Shown here: piece after piece, positions 1 through 13,139 of the stretch
How positions within the stretch are numbered: the stretch's first letter is position 1
Layout of the letters: each line of letters opens with the position of its first letter
Source of the DNA: Monocercomonoides exilis PA203
Taxonomy: Eukaryota; Protista; Preaxostyla
Assembly (NCBI GenBank): GCA_001643675.2
Contig: LSRY02000003.1
Coordinates: 310,001 to 374,000, forward strand
Direction: 5' to 3'
Length of the DNA stretch: 64,000 nt
Program-made: the position numbers and the translations under genes
The notes under the pieces: model-generated
Told to the model about the DNA's origin: nothing
The model's database searches: none
The model's input: the letters and a program-made list of their open reading frames with translations, nothing else

Positions 1-1289
1 ACCTCACTGATCCATAATTCGCTATTGATGGATTATTATTCTCAAATTTCCCATCAAATATCTCCACAATTCCTCCTGACAAAAAAAGCGCCCCTTTCTT
101 CGAGTTGCTGATTATTTTGTCTTTCATCGCTACAGAACTATTCAAGAAGCTTGCAGCTGAACCATTCCATCTGTACATTTCATTTTTGACTTCATTAAAC
201 GCCTTTTCGTACAGTCTTCTTTGTGCTTATTTTAAATCGCATTCATTTGCATTTCCATCCAAAAGGCATCTGTCCATCGTTTCGTTTGAACAGTTTCCCA
301 ATGTGATATGCATTCATTTTGAATTGCTTTGAGCTGAATTTTTGATCAAGTAATTGCTTTTTTCATTGCGCTCCTCACACCCAAAAACGATAGTGAAGAA
401 AGTAGCTTTTTGAGGTGGCGACATTCTCCAATTACAGATGATTCTCAGGGATTCCTCCACTTCCTGCAACATCAATGAGCGCATCACTGGTTTCCAAGTT
501 GCAGAACACACAGAAGAAGCAACAAATGGATTGAGCGATGCAACGCATAAAGCAGCCACCGAAAGTGCAACATCTGCCAAGCAGCATCCATCCAGAACAC
601 ATCTCTCCGAGGCTATCCGAATGATGTGAAACGGTATTTGTGCATGAAAACGAGTTTTAGCAGATACTGTGCGTTTTGAGCCGAACGAGCAGTTGACTGT
701 TTCCACCAATCCGCTTCGTGATTCAACAGAATTATATGAGAAAATGCAAATTCCGCATCAAATACAAATTTCTCTCTTTAAATAGTCTCCATGCTGGATG
801 TCGATATAAAACTTGCCCTTGAACATTCGATTCTCGACAACACTTCAACATTGCACATACCGCTGCTTCCAGAACCCAGGCTCATCTTATCCAGCTCCAC
901 TTCCCACTTGATCTCACTCTCCACATCAACAAACATCTGGCTGATGAAACCAGAAGTCAAAGGCCTCATTCCTTAATCAATCGAATGAAATGGAAGAGCA
1001 TTTGTTCCATCCACACTGCTCACAACAATTGTGTAACTCTGATGGATAGTTTTAAATCCAATTAGACAGTGTCACTTGGATAATCACATTCATCAATTCC
1101 ATATATCGCATTAATTCGCGAATAATAATTCTCTCGAAGATCAAACTGAAATTTGCTTTCATTAATCTGAGATGCAATGCTGAAGTATTCGATGAAAATA
1201 TCATTCCCCACTTTCGCTGTGTTTGCACTGAACTTCATCCCCACAAATCTGAAATCCAAACTTCCTTTTTCCATTGTCGAAAAATGCAT
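1..1289 (-). pseudogene. Fragmented copy of the Cys/Gly-rich surface-protein family
   Basis: Broken minus-strand ORFs (1062-1289, 778-969, 314-709). The motif 'MKFSANTAKVGNDIFIEYFSIASQINESKFQFD' parallels 'IRFMMNDAFAGKDVFIRCDSIASQVNEKLFSLD' in the intact 48340-57390 protein. Interrupted by stops and frameshifts. Confidence 0.75.
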
Positions 1290-2570
1290 AACTCCCCATC
1301 ATATTGCGCTAACGGAGTTGCATTAATAATTTTTCATTTGTACATAACATTCTACATAGTTTCAATAATTAATAATCTAACAAATATGCAATTTGTTAAT
1401 TTATTCAATAAATAAGATAATTTAGATTAAATTTATACATTTATGAGCGTTATCAGTGCTTCCATATTCGTTAACTTCATGAAGAAATGCGATTCTTATC
1501 AAACTGCAACAAAATATTCACAGAAACAATCATAATCAAATAACGTTGAGGATTGAAAGAAATGTTAATAATCATCCAGTGCATACTTTTTGTAATATTA
1601 GAATATTTGATTTGGCTTATATTCGTAAGCGGGTGTTCAATTCATGGAAAAAAAAAACAAATTCTTATTTTTAGGATATATATAATTTAATTATGGGATA
1701 GATCAAATTATTTTTATTTTTCAATTTATTTTTTTAATGTTTTTGCTTTTTGAAAAATCACAAATAAAATAAGAGTATATTATAATGAATGTCCGTTCAG
1801 CTGCTTTTTAATTCAAATTTCTTTATTTTTATAAATAATTTAAATCATTACTCAGATTTATGGGTGATTTTTAAAAATAGATTTTTCTCAAGGATTAAAA
1901 AGAATTTCAAAATTCCAGTCCATACAAATGTTTCATTAATAAATCTACTTTTTATTTATCACAACCATTTATGAAATAACCAAGGATTGGGAATGTACCT
2001 TAAATACACCTATGCCAATGTTTGAAGATATATATAAAAATCAAATATTAATTACATATTTTGATCAAAATAAATTATGATTTTATTAAAATAAACGAAT
2101 GCAAGAAGATGTGAATTTCAGAAGAAAACCTCTTCACAGAATTTACAAAAGACGGTGTGCTTTACCAAAGAACGGCAATTAAAGTGTGTTTCAATTAATT
2201 CAAATTACTTATTTTTTGTATTTTGTGTGTTTCATTTGAATTGCTTTATACGTTGAAATAATATTTTCATTTTCTGATGATGATAACTACAAACAAATCA
2301 ATGCCTTTGTAGAATTTTTGTTTTTTCCACAATAAAACCACATCCTCAATTCATTTTCGAAGTATGTCAATTTGGACATAAACACATGTTTAATCCTCCA
2401 AAAGAATGTTTGCTTTTCTGATCTTATATTTTCATTTAATGATTCAAATTCAATCGTTGAGGACGAATCCATAGTTGCAGATCTGACTGTTTCAGATTCA
2501 GATTATTTCCTATTGTTAAAAAAAGAGTAAAAGTGAAGAGATTTGAAACTGCGTCTTCAAAAACATTTCT

Positions 2571-4162
2571 GTGAAATTAAGCAATTACAGTAAATGTAAC
2601 ATGAAACATTCATGCTTGTTGAGTTCAATAGAGAACTGCATCATTTATTCTTCTGCTAATGTCTTTGAAGGAGGGATTTCAAGTGGATCCTATTCTTCAG
2701 AGGAATTCATCTGCAAAAACATAACTACATTCTACGGAGAAAGAGATACAAATAAACTTCAAATAAAAGAACAAATGAGTACAACGGATAGTCAATCGTT
2801 TTCGTTGTGTGAATGGATTGATTGCACAGCACCAAAAGGAGGGGCCCTTTTTGTTCATGACAATGAAAATGCAATTCTCACAGTTGAAAATTCTTCTTTT
2901 ATGAGATGCATATCTTTAGCAAGAGGTGGCGGTGTATGTATGGTTTCAAAATAGCTGAATGCTTATCGTACCATTCTTTATTTGTTCAATGTGCAGCGAA
3001 AACAAACACAGGAGGAGGTGGTGGTGGAACAATGATCGAAAATTTAAATGTTCAATCAATTGTTGAAGATTACTCCTTTCAAAACTGTTCCTCTGGCAAT
3101 GATGGAGGAGCTGTTTGTCTTCGCCCAACAAAAACTTAAAGACAGAAGCGATGCATTATTAATTCATTTTTTATAAACTGCATAGTGAATCATTCAACCT
3201 CATTTACTGGAGGTGCAATTGAGCATTGAATTCCAGCAGATAAAGTTGTGATTTAAAATTGTCTGTTTTGTAACTGCTATTCAATGTGTTTAAGAGGAGC
3301 TGTTGGCACACGAATAAATACCTAAAATGACGGAGCACTGTTTTATTGCAGCTATTTCCATAATAATACTTGTGAAAAGGGAGTGCATGATTTGGTTCTT
3401 CAAGGCTCAGCTGCAAACAACATTGATTTAAGTTACTATTCAACCAGCCAAACAACAAACCGAGTTTGAACAAATTTTTATTCAAACGTTGATCGTAGTG
3501 AATGACTTCGCAATGATTTTGGAAATGTGAGATTTGTTTATTCAACTGATTTACAACCAAAAGGCAACGACACATATGCATGTGGGTTGGATAAATCTTA
3601 TCCATGCGGCACGATCAGCCGTTGCCTCACACAACTCATTCCAGACTTGGTTCACAATGTAGAAGTATCTTCGGGAACGACTATCGAAACAAATAGTTTT
3701 GATTGAGGATCCGACAGTTTCACTGTTTATGGCCAAAGCAATATGAGCACAGAAATCCAAACAGAATTTGAAGCATCTGGGCTATCTCTTTTTTCTGCAT
3801 CAACGGGCACATAAACTGTAAGTGATCTTTCCCTTGTGCATAACTCTACGCACCAGAATAATCGAGCCTCAAAGCCATTTGGGATCGTAGGAGCAGGAGA
3901 GATGCATGCAAGTGGGCTGAACATATCTGTTGGAAGCGGACACTCAGCTCAAACAGCTTTTTCTGCAGAAATGATAAATATCCAGAATGGGATGTTTCAA
4001 ATGGAAAATGTGAACTGGGCAAAGACTATCTCCGAAGTTTCGTTGTTTTCACTTTCTTTGACTAATGAAATTTCATTGAAACTTACTGAGTGTGCATTTA
4101 AGGGGATAGAAAGAACTATTATGAATCATGGAATAGAAATTGGAATAGAAAGAATTAGATAA
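2571..4162 (+). pseudogene. Fragmented copy of the Cys/Gly-rich surface-protein family (N-terminal beta-helix-like part)
   Basis: Frameshifted ORFs 2571-2954, 2906-3139 and 3836-4162 carry 'GGALFV', 'RGGGVCM', 'FQNCSSGNDGGAV' and a 'CGLDKSYPC'-type motif near 3580, as in the 3016-aa protein. Confidence 0.75.
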
Positions 4163-4294
4163 ATGCATAGAATCAGAAGATGGAGTTCCATAATGCGAAG
4201 CGGCACTCACAGCGCAGCGTTGAAGAAAATAGTCACAATGGAAACCTCAATTCCAGCAAACAAAAGATACTGTTCCAATTGGAATGCTTGTCAA

Positions 4295-7200
4295 GGCAAG
4301 TTCCAAATATATGGACCATCAATGAAAAATATTTCTTATATTGTTCATGAAAGAAAATGCTTCAATAATTAATTTAAATTTTGCTTTTTCTGTCGAAAAT
4401 GCATTTTTTGGAACAATCTGTTTTTCATTTGATCTATCCCATAAATATTTTCAAACAATCCTTGTTTTTTATTCTTTGTTTTTTTTGTTAACCTGCACGT
4501 TTTGTATTTTCATATGCTTTTTTTTGTTGTGTTCATATTTTGAGAAATACAAACACGTTAAATGTTTATTCTTTTCAACGTTTTTTCAAACGAATGAAGC
4601 CCATTTGAGTTTTTGCTTTTGCACAGGTTATTTCTAGCACAGAAGTGTGTGCTAACATAGATTACTTCAAATCGATTATCAATTTTCAAAAGCTCACTGT
4701 TTTTTGAAAATTGTATTTTTTGTTTTAATGAAAAATGTAATAATCAATTTAACATTGTATTCAATGATGACATTGAAGCTCACGATAATTTTGACACCAA
4801 AGTCTTTCTCAAATTCTCATATATTCGAATGTTAAATAATTGACTTAATTCTTTTGAGTGAAAAAATCAATAAACGATAAAGAAGAAGAAGAAGTTTTAC
4901 AGCTGTTCTTCTGTAGTAATTTATTTAATTCTGCAGCGTCAACAATGGATAATCAAATCCGTGTTTTTCGATATTCTCTCTTCAGAACATCAACGAAGCA
5001 GAAGTTGTTGCACGTATTAAGCGCTCGGCTCAGAAGGATTCAAAAATAGAGGAGCGATGACTTTTGAGCTGAAAGTGGCAGACGGACATCTGAAGATGAG
5101 GAAAGTGGGAGTAACAAACAACATCTGCAGCAGTTCTGAAGGATGTGGTGGAGGAATCTGTTTGACATGTGCAGCAAACAACAATGACAGATATTCATTT
5201 TCAGAGATAAGTGTTGGAGGAAACAAGGCACACCAGGGAAAAGACATGTTAATTGTTGCGAATGATCTGAGGAAGGGAGTGAATTCTGAGTTGTTTGCAT
5301 TTGCAACACAATTTGAGGACAAAACGAATGCGCTGGTTGGGTTTGACAGGAGGTATTTCAACGAGGCGGTTGATCTGATGATGAATGTGGAATGTTTTCT
5401 GAGTGAATCTGTTCTGGTTGAGGCACCAGCAGGGCAGAACGAGGTGTTTTGTGGGAGCAGATATGTTCCGTGCCAATCGCTTGACTATTCTGTCAATCGA
5501 CTTGCAGAAAGCAGTGCAGATGTGCCACTTCGTGTGATCACTGTGAAATCGAATGGCTCGATCGAAAATGACATTTCACTCAACTCAGTCAATGTCCTGT
5601 CATTTAGCAAAGAAAACTGCGGGATTAACATCAGCACCAATGTTCAGTTTGCATGTGGAAGTGTTGTTTCATCCACAGCCGCTCTTTCGTTTTCTTTGAT
5701 CGATTTTCGTATTCCTTCTGTTTTTGCTATTGATACACCCGAAGGTGCTTCGTTGTTTTCCTCTTCGACAAAAACAAAAAAACATCCAATTTTCATCGTG
5801 CACTTTCATTCTAACTTCTTCAGAATCGCATGATGTGACAAGTTGCGTGCATTTGATCAGCGTTTTGGGTGGAGTTGTGCAGCTTTCTCAATGCCATGTT
5901 GATTCTGCCTCATTTTCTATCACGCCTTTTGTGATTTCGCAAACAGCCCAAGCTTCATTTGAGGGAGTTAGCTTTACGCATTTGTCATTTTCAGCATATT
6001 CACTTTTCAATCTGATTCCTTCAATACAGCAAGCAAAAGATGATTATTCCTCTTTGGCCAATCAAGAATCTCAGCCATCTGAAATAAGCTTCAAGAACTG
6101 TGAATTTTCTTCTCTTCATGTAAGTGAGTATGACGAGCAGCCTTCGTTTGGATCTGTTCAGATTGAGATGCAACTGTTAATTGTGAACTGCTCTTTGGAT
6201 GAATTGACATCTGCGTTGAGTGAGGAAGGCGGAGGAATGAGAATTGAACTTGGAACAGAAGGAAGCTTCCGTAAGAAAGCAGAAAAATTCTTTGAACCGA
6301 TGAGTTCTGTGGATCATTGAATTATATCGAAACATGAAAGAAAAACTGGCGCAACTGCATTGAATAGCTTTGAAATTGAATTCAATTTGGATTTTTTGTT
6401 TTACAATTTTGTGAAAGGATTACCCATCGAATTATGGCTTCTGAGGTTTTTAAACATAGTTGATAAAACTGGAGTTTTTTTGTCTGACGATTGATTATTG
6501 AGCAAATAAACCATTCAATGTTTTCGTTGTTCCTCAACGATTACATCTTCGACAGAGTGAACATCTTCACAGCTGACCAGATGAACAATAATCCATTTAA
6601 CTTTGTGCTGTTAATCACGATCCACAAGTCAGAAAGGATATTTATATCTGCATGAAAAGAGACAGACAAGAAGGATTGTTTAAAGATAAAATTCGAATAA
6701 AAAGCTCCGAGTGGTTGCGTAGCATCCAACAACGAGCATAATTGTTTCACAATTGCATTTTTAAAGGAATTTTTTACAATTGAAGTTGTCACATATTGCA
6801 GAAAATTCATGCGCTGTTGTTAGAAAATTGAAATAAAAACTTATTTAATAATTAATTGCAAAAAGAACGGACTGAATCATTGTAGCGAAATCATATCGCA
6901 AAATGCAAGTTATTGGTCTTGTTTCTGGAAATCACATGGCATTCTGAGTGAACACGCATTGCAACAACAACCCAAACATTTTCATTTACTGAATTTTTCG
7001 TTAAATAATCAGAAATTTTCTTAAACAGTTTATCAAAGGTTACTTTTTAAACCAGCAATTCTTATCTTTCTTTTTGATTGAAAAATTTATTGAATTGATC
7101 AAAAATACAAAGTAATAATGAAATATCAATTGCAAAATTCAAAAACGATGTCGTGAAAATTAATGAAACAACTCGAAGCAAATAATATAAATTCCAAATT

Positions 7201-7434
7201 ATTTAAGTTCTTTTTCATGAGAAGATGAAGCTCTAAAAACCTTCAAAATTGAGATAAAACAATAACATGAAAGTTATAAAATATTTATGGGATAGATCAA
7301 ATAAAAAACAGATTTTTTTAAAAAATGCATTTTCGACCGAAAAAGCAAAATTTAAATTAATTATTGAAGCATTTTCTTTCATGTACAATATAAGAAATAT
7401 TTTTCATTGATGGTCCATATATTTGGAACTTGCC
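4295..7434. mobile_element. Non-autonomous Mutator-like (Pack-MULE-like) element with ~160-bp TIRs and 8-bp TSD
   Basis: Left TIR starts GGCAAGTTCCAAATATATGGACCATCAATG (4295 to ~4451). Right TIR ends CATTGATGGTCCATATATTTGGAACTTGCC (~7279-7434). An identical CTTGTCAA flanks both sides (4287-4294 and 7435-7442). Confidence 0.88.
5057..6320 (+). pseudogene. Captured internal fragment of a surface-protein family gene inside the TIR element
   Basis: Two overlapping frameshifted ORFs (5057-5833, 5724-6320) with family motifs 'GCGGGICL', 'GNKAHQGKDMLIV', 'FCGSRYVPCQSLDY' and 'EGGGMRIEL'. No N-terminal or kinase part. Confidence 0.8.
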
Positions 7435-7444
7435 CTTGTCAAGA

Positions 7445-10340
7445 CGCAAGCGAAGAAACACAAAATTCCGCTGCACACATCCGAAGAGAATTCCGCTTGT
7501 CCACAAACACACAATGCGAAACTGAAAACATTCCAATCGTCTTTTTACAGTTGCGCAACTTCATCAATTACTGCATAATCATATTTCTCCTCTGCCTCAA
7601 CACCTGCTCCAAAATGCATAAATTCACCATCTGACTTCAAACATCCATTCCATATTCTCATTCATATTCGCTCCACATTTTCTTCTCACGACCCTCTTCC
7701 CGGATCGCATAAGTTTCCATATGATTTTACTCTTTCAGATGTAAAATTCGCCTTCTGCTGATGGGAAAAAAATGAAGGAATCGCAAACTATTCCTTCTCC
7801 TTCCTCTGCCTCTTCTTTCTTTTCCAGCGCTTCAAACTCCACCAGCATCAGTTTCATTTGCAGCAACTCTAACCACTCTTAATCCTTTGGCACAACCAAC
7901 GACATTGCCTCCACCAGCCGCTTCAACCAGATCTCGACACCTGCACCCTACGACTCCCACGAAAGCAAAAGTACCCGACCGTTCAGCTCCGGTTCAGCAG
8001 CCAAAGTTATGACTGACCTTCTTCACAACAACTCTGTTCTAGAATTCCGTCAGAAAGGCTCATCGATCAGTAGCATCGCACACATCTGGAAGCTGCAGGC
8101 ACAGCGCGAAGTAGTCTTTGCGATGGCGCACCTCAAAAACAGTCACAAATGATGGAATACTGCGCCCAAAAAACAGGAACTCTACCGGAAAAATCAAAAG
8201 CAACAGCTCTGGCAATGTCTGCGGATGAAACAATCAGAAGATACTGCATTTCATCTTGGGCGAATCCTCTTCAAGCTGCCTCTGATAAAGAAAATTTTGA
8301 CGCATCCCCAAAACATATGGGATCAAGCGGAGTCTTATTCGCCTTTTTTCGCATCGCTGCTTCTGTTTTGAAGTAATTCAGCAAAAATTCCGAAGATATG
8401 TCTAAATTATTTTGAAAAGTTCCTTTTGTTAAATTTTGAAATATAATAAGATTTTCATATTTTGATTAAATATCACTCATCACTCACGAAACTTCAACAA
8501 AATGGAAAAACAAACATTGTCAAGATATTGTTTCCATGACAGCGATATTTGGCGAGTGGGAACAGAAAATTGATCGAAATATGAAATATTTATTTTATTT
8601 GAGAATTAGATAAAAGGAACTTTTCAAAAAAATTTTGACATATGGATGCTTTTGATTTCATATTATCAGACTGTAGCCCTACAAACATTCCAAAAATCAT
8701 CTTTATCTTCTTCTCCAACACTCTTTCTAACAGCAATTGATTGATGAACAGGAAGAACGACAACTAATCTCCTGCAAATTCCTCCCTTTCTAGCTTCACA
8801 AACTGCCGCATTTCAACAAAGTCCTTCCGGAACAGCTCCACCCAGTATACCATCTCCCACCGCGCAGACTTGCTCTTCTTCAACTCTGAGTTCTTTCAAC
8901 CCAGACACATAAACATAAAGTTACTAAATACCTTCCTTTGATGTGCTTCCCATTTCAGCCAAAGATTCTTTCCACACAAATCTACTTCAATCTTATTACT
9001 TCATTTCCTCAAGATCTTCTTCAGAGATCACATCACCCACAGCTGCAGCTCCTTCTTCAGCGGTGTTAGCACCCGCTGCATCTGTATAGACGACTGCCGT
9101 GCGGGAGGCATCCGAAGAACATACGCCGTTTCGTGTGCCTCCTGTTTAAGCCACCCAGATACTTTTCTCGTCAGCAGTTCCATCGCAGTCGGTACCTCTA
9201 GCAAAGATTTACCAGTAGTTACAGACAACCATACTCCGTTTACGCCCGAAAAATTCACAGGCCACTCCAACTACTCAAAGCCTCTACGATCAGTTTTCTG
9301 CTTAAGAAGCAAATATAGCTGCTGCGCAACATTCGTCTTCACTTCTCCTTTCTTTTCCCATGTTGGAAATGCAGTTGAGATCCATTCCTCCCACTCTCTT
9401 TTCGGATATAGGTGCAGAAACAGATAATCCCACATAGCTTGCTCGTATTTCTTTATTCTGCCTTTTCACACTCCTCTGCCCAGCATTCCCTGACCCCACA
9501 AAAGTTCCCCCATTCCATCTTCTATTTCAGCTTCTTCGCCTTCTCAGCAAGCTGCTCAACTGTCTCTTTAAACATCGCACTCATTTTCTTCTCCTCTTTT
9601 TCTTATTCAAGAATCATTTAATTTTGTCAGAAAAAAGGGAAATCCCCACTTTCACATCAAACCCCTTCAAGTTCTGATCTCACCCAAACATCACAGCACC
9701 TCCATCCTCGATGTTCACTGCAGACATCCATAGGTTCTGTTTACAAAGTCCAAATGGAATAATCAACGTAAGCGAAGATGGAACTATCCTGCAACACAGA
9801 GGGACAAACAAAGAAAACGTGGCAAAATGATTCCCCTTCACAGCCGACGACATCTCATTTTTTCAATTTATATACCCGCACTGTATTTCTTTGTCCATCG
9901 CTTCTTCTCCTTCTCAATCCACTACATCAAATAGCTCCGCCTTCTCCTTCATCTCCCCCAGCTGCTCCTGCAGCTCCTTCGCCTCCTTCTCTTCTGAGTT
10001 GCACTTCTTACTCAGATCCAGAATCCTCAACTGCTGCATCAGGATGATCTTGTCTATCTCCTCCAGCAACTCTATAAGTCCGCCAATCCGCTTCACTTCA
10101 TTCACCCACTATTCTCCTTCTTCTTCATCTGCTCCTCATCCTTTTCCCACTTCTTCTTTTCCTTTCAATTCTCTTCATATTTCTTCCTTGTATTTTGCCA
10201 GCGTAATAGCTGCTGGTGACAGAATCGCATACTCAATCCTCAACACCGCCTTTTCCGTCCCCTTCTCTTCAGCTTCTTCCTCGCATAACATACTCCTATC
10301 CCTCGCCCAATCACCTCATCATCTATCTTTATTGTAAAGA
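7445..10340 (-). pseudogene. Degenerate coding relics of unidentified repetitive gene families
   Basis: GC-richer than the flanks, with short broken minus-strand ORFs (e.g. 9028-9270, 9914-10105). No intact frame and no family recognised. Confidence 0.4.
8399..8640. mobile_element. MITE family B copy 1 (TA|TGTC...GACA|TA)
   Basis: TIR TGTCTAAATTATTTTGAAAAGTTCCTTTT ... AAAAGGAACTTTTCAAAAAAATTTTGACA, with TA on both sides. Colinear with 11530-11771. Confidence 0.85.
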
Positions 10341-11529
10341 GCATCGGCTGCAGTGATAAAAACTCCATCAACACAATCACAGACGGAAGCGGCGAATAGA
10401 CAAACAGATCAAAGATCGACAGGAACGCATTCATACAGCCAACACAAAATTCTGCTTTCCCTCTGGCTTCGTGCCAATTTTCACCGCAAGCGACGGAAGC
10501 GGCCGCACCAGCGGAACGGAAAGCATCGCCGAAAGCTCCATATGGTAAGCGCATACAACACCCCCATACAGCACCGCACGCCGAGCCACAACATATCCCC
10601 TCAGCGTCTTCAGCGCTCGCGGCGACAGCAGCAGCTGCAGCGACAGCGGAATGTACTGCCCATACACTCCAGCCTCCTCTGGCACAACAATCCGCAGCCG
10701 CCTCTCGGTGTCGTTAATCGATGCAGCCATTAATTATGAAGCCTCCACTACAGATGCATCCGAAGAATCAAATTCAGGCACATATTATGATAAATACTTA
10801 TCCCCTTCTTCTTTAATAGGGATATCGGTAAGGGAAAAATGAGAATGTTATGCTCTTGTAGCTCCAATTAAAGAAAACAATGAAAGTCAAAACAAACGAA
10901 GAAAATTGCAGTTTTTTGTGTGAAAACAGTTTTTAATACTCCTAGTATTCATTCTCATTCCATTTTTTTCTCTTTTTCAAAGAGATATAAAAACTTAAAA
11001 TACAGATTATTAATTGTGTTATTTTTCTTGTTTGAATGCATTTCAATCATAAAATTCTTTAAAGTTGAAATACAAATAAGTTTTTAACAAATTGTCTAAA
11101 TGCACTTTTTGCTATATTAAAAGCCTCAAAGTTGAAAAATAGAAAAAGTTTCTATTTCAAAATCAACGGATATGAAGCTAAAAAAAAATGTACATTTATT
11201 TGCTCTATGAGGTTATATTGATAAACGTTGTTGTTTTTCAAATGAAAAGTTTGAAAAAACTATTGGATTGAAAAAGACAAAAGGAAAAACTTAAAATTTA
11301 CGTGTTTCAGTTAAACAACAATGATAATAATAAAATACTTTTATTATAATGTTCGTCAGTATGTGTTAACAAAGATTATTGTAAATAATAAAACCTCGAA
11401 CTCTTCCATAAAGAAAAAAAGAGCTTATTAATTATTTATGAAAAAATTACGGTAAAAAAATATAACCATCTAATTTTTTGTGGGACAGATCAGACTAAAA
11501 AAAAGTGATTTTTCAAAAATTTTCATCCA

Positions 11530-11771
11530 TGTCTAAATTTTTTTTAAAGGTTCCATTTGTAAAATTTTCAATTAAAGAAAAAATTTCAAATTTCGATCAA
11601 ATTTATGTTCCAACGAACGAAACTTCACTCAAATGGAAATAAAAACATTGTCAAGATTTTGTTTTTATCACAGCAAAATTTGGTGAGTGGAAACAGAAAT
11701 TTGATCGAAACATGAAATTTTTATTTTATTTGAAAATTAAACAAAAGGAACTTTTCTAAAATAATCACACA
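11530..11771. mobile_element. MITE family B copy 2
   Basis: Aligns along its length with 8399-8640 (shared 'aaacattgtcaagat', 'gagtggraacagaaawttgatcgaaa'). TIRs are imperfect. Confidence 0.85.
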
Positions 11772-11777
11772 TAATAT

Positions 11778-12034
11778 GGGTGATTATTTTAGAAATCATA
11801 TTTTTTTCATTCATTATTTTCGGTTTTAAAATATTCCTTGAATATTAATAAATGAACACAAAAAAAGTGAAAAGGCACAATGAAAACTTCTTCTATTTAA
11901 TTTCGGCTAATACAGTTATTTTTGAAACAGTTATGAAAATTTTAACATTTGAATTCAAAATCTCTTCACAATGACAAACAACGTCTGAAAAATCTACACC
12001 AAGAAAAAAGTTATTAATTCAAAAATAATCACCC
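11778..12034. mobile_element. 257-bp non-autonomous derivative (MITE) sharing ends with the Sola2-like element
   Basis: Starts GGGTGATTATTTTAGAAATCATA and ends TTCAAAAATAATCACCC. Flanks are ATAT/TTAT (4-bp TSD with one mismatch). Confidence 0.72.
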
Positions 12035-12744
12035 TTATTTAATTTCGTAAAAAATACGACTTCTGAATTAATTATTCAATTTCGTAAAATAATATTTCTT
12101 TTACGAAATTCATTTGCAACTGATATTTTTTATTTATCTCGAGAATAGATTTCAAAAAATTTCAAGTTATTTTTCAATCGATCAAATATTATTTCTCAAA
12201 GGAAACTGATTTTTTAATTGAAACAATTAATTTATCAATAATTTTTGAGGAATTTTTTCCGTTTCAAAAATCATCACCAAATTACAAATTAATTATTTAA
12301 CAATTTTTGCTGTTGAATATTTTTTTATTAATAGAGTATTTTCAATCATTTTTATTGTGGAACAAAAGATAAGTTTTTCATTTATTTTTTTGAAATTTTT
12401 CTGTTTCTTTGGCGATTATAAAAAAAGCATATATATTTAATATGAAAATGAAATCATTTTCTTTTCGAATTAACTCAAAATTAGAATGTTTTCAATTAAA
12501 TCGAATGATTTTTTTTTAAGTGTTTATGTATCATTTTTCAAATATTGATAAACAATGTGAACTGATGGGATTTTAATAAAGAGAATTTAAACCCCGTAAT
12601 ACAAGTTGTTCATTTCATAAATCGAAGAATTTTTCAAAATAAAAATTGAATAATTTTTTTCTTAATTGAAGTATAAGTTTTAAATTTTAATTTATAATTT
12701 TCGAATTTGAATTCAAAACTTTCGAATTAGAATTATTTTTGGTG
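12035..12744 (+). mobile_element. MITE family A copy 1 (CACC...GGTG ends; left end eroded)
   Basis: Ends TTCGAATTAGAATTATTTTTGGTG|TA. The internal block 'ctcgagaatagatttcaaaaaatttcaagtt' is shared with 25332-26160 (inverted) and 58468-60210. Confidence 0.75.
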
Positions 12745-12747
12745 TAT

Positions 12748-13139
12748 ATTTGAATAAAATTATGCAAATTTCGCATAAAATACCGGTCAAAATTGATATC
12801 TAAATAACCGCAAGAGGAATAATTCTGATAATTTTCCTCAAAATATATATCATCAATACAAACTCACTTGAAAAACGAAACTTTCAAAATAGCTTCATTT
12901 GTACTCAGAAATAATTATTATTGAAATCTTGGATAAATTCAATTTTAAATTTCCCCGATATTTTAAAAATAATTATCTCTGAGCACAAATGAAGCTATTT
13001 AGAAAGTTCTGTATATCAAATGAGTTTGTATTGATGAGATGTATATTGAGGAAAATTGACAGAATTATTCCTTTTGCGGTTATTGTTAATTCGATCTTGT
13101 CCGGTATTTTATGCGATATTTGCATAATTTTGTTCAAAT
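12748..13139. repeat. ~390-bp foldback palindrome (hairpin MITE)
   Basis: Arm 12748 to ~12920 (ATTTGAATAAAATTATGCAAATTTCGCATAAAATACCGG...) is the imperfect reverse complement of ~12965-13139 (...CCGGTATTTTATGCGATATTTGCATAATTTTGTTCAAAT). Confidence 0.9.
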
